Shown here: one piece after another, positions 59,782-64,000 of the stretch
How positions within the stretch are numbered: the stretch's first letter is position 1
Layout of the letters: each line of letters begins with the position of its first letter
DNA from: Azolla caroliniana
Lineage: Eukaryota; Plantae; Polypodiophyta
Length of the DNA stretch: 64,000 nucleotides
Assembly (NCBI GenBank): GCA_043228905.1
Contig: JBHGNT010000018.1
Span: forward strand, 11,780,001 to 11,844,000
Direction: 5' to 3'
Notes under the pieces: model-generated
The model's database searches: none
Told to the model about the DNA's origin: nothing
Seen by the model: only the letters and a program-made list of their open reading frames with translations
Program-made: the position numbers and the translations under genes

Positions 59782-62700
59782 TGTCACGGATAGATCATAA
59801 GCTCAAGAGACAAGAAAGAAGATAGACAAATGGATGAGTAGTATTAATGGAGAGACTCCATAACTGGTGTTGTTCACCTTGAATTCCTTCAAGGTGAACT
59901 CCTCTATTTATACTACATGGCATGCATACTTGTTGCACGCATGTGAATCTACAATAGAGCATGTAGGTATGCATGCATGTGCCAAGTGTAAATACTACAA
60001 GGGAGCAACTATGCACATGATGCTAGCAAAACAATACGGACCAATTATATACATAACTGTGTACTAGATATATTGGTTAACCCATGATACTATATTATAA
60101 CATGGTTGTGTCAAGTGTTCGAATCTTGACATTATCCCCCCTCTGACGCTGCCTTCCCAAATCGGCCACTGGTTTGTGGGGATATCGGTGATGAAAATCT
60201 TGGACGACCTTTGGGGCATTTTGTAAATTTTCCGATGGTTCCCACGTGGCCTCAAACATGGGGTAACCCCTCCATAGGACAAGGTATTGCAAGTGTCGAC
60301 GGTGCCAACACGAGTCAAGGATTTGGTCGACCTCGTATTCCTCCCCTGTCATGAATTGCACAGGTGGTGGTGGAGGGGCCTGACGTCCTGGGAGTTGTGA
60401 AGCATAATGGGGTTCGAGGAGGGACACATGGAAAACATCATGAAGTCAGAAGTGGGATGGAAGGGCGAGCCGGAAGGCGACGAGATTGATGCACTCGATG
60501 ATACGGAATGGTCCCAACTTCTTGTAATCAAGTTTTGCACATGGACGAGTAGTAGAGATGTGTCAACGTAACAACCAGACCATGTCTCCAATGACAAAGT
60601 GTGGAGTGGCAGATCGATGGCGATCAGTCTGCTGCTTGTATCGTTCACTAGCAAGACTAAGCTCGAAGGATAAATCATGATGTAGTTCTTCCAAAATGCG
60701 AGCACGATCCTCCGCCGAAGGGTTCACGGAAGTGGTAGGAAGGGAAATGTTGAAGCGAGGATGTAAACCATAGTTGGCAAAGAAGGGAGTGACGCCAGTC
60801 GATGCATGGAGAGAATTATTGTAGGCAAATTCCGCGAGCGAAAGTAAGTTGACCCAATCATCTTGTTGGTAACTAACAGAGCACCGAAGATACTACTCAA
60901 GGATTTGGTTGACACACTCCGTTTGTCCGTCAGTTTGGGGGTGATAAGCGGATGACAACTTGACAGAGATGCCTAAAGTTTGTAGCAGGCGCTGCCAGAA
61001 GTGAGAGACAAACTGGGGTCCGCGATCGGAGATGACATCATTGGGGAGTCCATGCAAGTGTGCCACATTGTTGAGTAGTAGATGCACCATTCCTTCTCCG
61101 GAAATGGTTTTGGAGCATGGAGTGAAGTGAGCCATCTTCGTAAACCGATCGACAACAACCAACACCGAGTCATAGCTATTGACCAAGGGTAGATCAGTTA
61201 TCAGATCCATAGAGATAGACGCCTAAGGACGACGAGGACATGGAAGCGGCTGTAGTAAGCCGTATGGCCGATGATGAATGGCTTTGGAGTGAGCACAAAC
61301 CTCACAACTCTTTATGTATTCTTTGACCAACTTCCATGGTTGTGGACACCAATACCCCCGATAGAGTAGCTCGAGGGTTTTGCGACCCCGAAATGACCTG
61401 CAAGTGGGTCATTGTGGCATTCCCACAACACCCAGGTGCGACATGGGCCCTCTGGGACGTATAAGAGATGATCTCGGAACAACAAACCCTCTTGTATGGT
61501 GAAGGTGTCAAGATCCTTCCTTTTGGTCACTTTGGAGGGGTTTTGCAGACTATCTCGAATCTCGTTGGCAAACACATCGGTCTTGGATGCATCAGTGATC
61601 TGTTGGAGTAATGAATCATCCTGCAACATACAAGTGGCAAAAAGATGCAATTGGTCGGGTTTCAACAAACGTCTAGATTGTTGAGCATAAGCAGCATCCC
61701 CAGGGCGGAGTGCAAGGTCAGCTTGGCGAGAAAGGGCATCGGCCTTCCCATGTTGGTCACCAGGTCGAAATATGATCTCAAAATCGTAGTCGGTGAGAAA
61801 ATTTGTCGACCAACGGGCCTGCCTTCGATTCAAAGTACGAGTGGTGGAAAAAAAAACTAAATTTTTATGATCAGTCACTACCTAGACACGATGTTGTGCG
61901 CCAGCCAAGTAGGATCGCCATTCTTCAAAGGCAGCAATGATAGGAGCAAGCTCCTTGTCGTATATGGGATAATTGATTTCGGATGCCATGAATTTACGGG
62001 AGTAGTAAGCCACTGGGTGCATTAGGTTGGTGTCATCTGCCTCGGATAAGATGGCACCAATGGTGAAGTCAGAGGCATCGGTTTTGACTTGGAAGGGTTT
62101 TGTGGGGTCGGCATGTAGCAGCACTGGGGTAGTGATGAAGGCGTGTTTGAGTGAGTCGAACGCATTTTGCGCCTGCAAGGTCCATAAATATGGAGTGCCT
62201 TTACAGGTGAGAGCGATAAGAGGTTGTGCTAGGGTGGAAAACCCCTTGATGAAGCGACGGTAAAAATTCGCGAAGCCGAGGAAGGATTGCACATCTTTAA
62301 GTCGCCTTGGAATCGCCCACGCTTGAATGACAGAGACCTTATTCATATCCATGGTGATGCCAGTGGGCGAGATGATGTAGCCCAGAAATTCGATCGAGGT
62401 ACGGTCGAACTCGCATTTCTCGCCTTTGGCATAAAGGCCATGCTCGCGAAGTTTGGCAAGAACTAATCGGACTTGGCGAGTGTGCTCCTCCATGTTTGGC
62501 GAGAAAATGAGAATATCATCGAGGTAAATGACAACAAAATGATCAAGATATTCCCGGAATATATCGTTCATCATATGTTGAAAAATTGTTGGAGCGTTAG
62601 TAAGACCAAAAGGCATTACCTTGTATTCGAAATGCCCATACCGTTTTTGAAATGCGGTTCTCCATTCATCCCCCAGCTTGATGCGTACTAGATTGTACAC

Positions 62701-64000
62701 TCCACGCAGATCAACTTTGGAGAAGACACGCGCAACTTGGAGCCGATCAAGGAGTTCAGGGATCAGAGGTAGCGGATAGCGGTTGTGCACAGTGAGTTTG
62801 TTGAGACCTCAGTAGTCGACGCATAAGCATAGAGAGTTGTCCTTCTTCTTCACAAATAAAATGGGGGCCCCGGTTGGTGACTTAGAAGGTTGAATAAATC
62901 CTTTCTCGAGGTTCTCATTGAGATACACACGAAGGGCCTTCAACTCTAGTGCAAACAACGCATATAGAGGACCAAAGGGTGGACACGCACGCACCTTCTT
63001 GAAGATCAATCAGATAGTCGTAGAGCAGGTGTTCAGGCAAACGATCAGCATTACATTTTTCAAATACGTCGGAGAAGTGTTGGTATTTGTCGGGAATAAC
63101 ATGGAGTGTGTTAGAAACGGCACCACAAACAAACCCATCCTGGATTGATGATGGGGTAGTCAAATCAGAATCGACCTTCTCCGAAGGATGGGAAACTGAA
63201 TTTACCTTCATACTTTTGCACGTGCATCTTGGCTTGCTAAATGTGATCGAGCGGTTGCACCAATCCACTATTGGATTGTGCGCCTCCAACCACGTTAGTC
63301 CTAAGACGATCGGATGTCAAGGAGATGCGATGAGGTAAAAGGCGAGCTCCTCCTGGTGTGAGCCCACACAAAGCCCTAATGGGATTGTAGCTTGAGTAAT
63401 TGCACCTGACAAGAGGACGCACCTGTCGATGGCTTCAATGGGAATGGCTTTTGAGAGGCCAACGATAGGTACGCCATGTGCTTGGGCAAATGCGATGTTG
63501 ATGAAGCAAGAAGATGCCCTAGAATCAAGTAAAGCAACAAACTGAATGGAACTAGAGTTAAATGAAAACCATACCTCCAATGTGAAATTGCCTGATGGTC
63601 CGGCAATGGAACCAAGAGAATGTGGGTGAGGGGAGATGTCCAGTTGTATGGCTCCTACTGCAACCAAACGATGTCGTTTTCCGAATGGTGGGGTCCGTTA
63701 GCTCGATGGAATTGTGGGCGATTACTCCTAGGACAATGGCGAACGACATGACCAGAGGCGCCACAATACATGCACAAGCCATTAGCTCACAAAAATTGTC
63801 GTTCAGCATCAGTCAATGGCCGAAATTGGGCTTGATCAATTTCCATGGGGACAGGAGCATCTGCCAAAGTAGGGGAGTGTGACGCAGTCGGTGGGGGGTA
63901 TGGTTGGGGTTGTATGACCGAGGCGTGTCGTGGAAGTGAATGAGGTGGAACCCAAGTACAACGCTCTTCCTAACAAAATTCGAATAGACGATTGTCACAA
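59782..64000 (-). mobile_element. Chromoviral Ty3/Gypsy element R, 5' part outside the window
   Basis: 3' LTR 59782-60131 (TGTCA...TGACA). PPT AGAGGGGGGA near 60134-60144. Chromodomain EYEVDQILD..YLVLWRGY..TWEP, integrase, RNase H (TDASD, DKEL), RT (YLDD), protease LLDSRAS. Confidence 0.9.

Overview
Eukaryotic, heterochromatin-like DNA made almost entirely of nested and truncated retrotransposons. It is most likely from a large-genome non-seed land plant such as a fern or lycophyte; this is inferred from the element types and is not proven. I resolve about 17 LTR-element pieces: Ty1/Copia, chromoviral and non-chromoviral Ty3/Gypsy, two solo LTRs and one young non-autonomous element. There is also a decayed L1-like LINE, several tandem duplications and microsatellites. 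No intact host gene is present. Two signals stand out. (1) At 48471-49070 there is a decayed, intron-containing fragment of a bacterial-type beta-class N4-cytosine/N6-adenine DNA methyltransferase. (2) One Gypsy family (F, O) and an unrelated-looking non-autonomous element (B) have no polypurine tract; in its place is a conserved copy of a tRNA 3' end (...CCACGGGCGTGCCA) 2-4 nt before the 3' LTR, suggesting tRNA-primed plus-strand synthesis. The chromovirus LTRs show Tf1-like self-priming structures and antisense tRNA-like boxes. Coordinates were read by eye: LTR and TSD boundaries should be within a few nt, deletion junctions are approximate.
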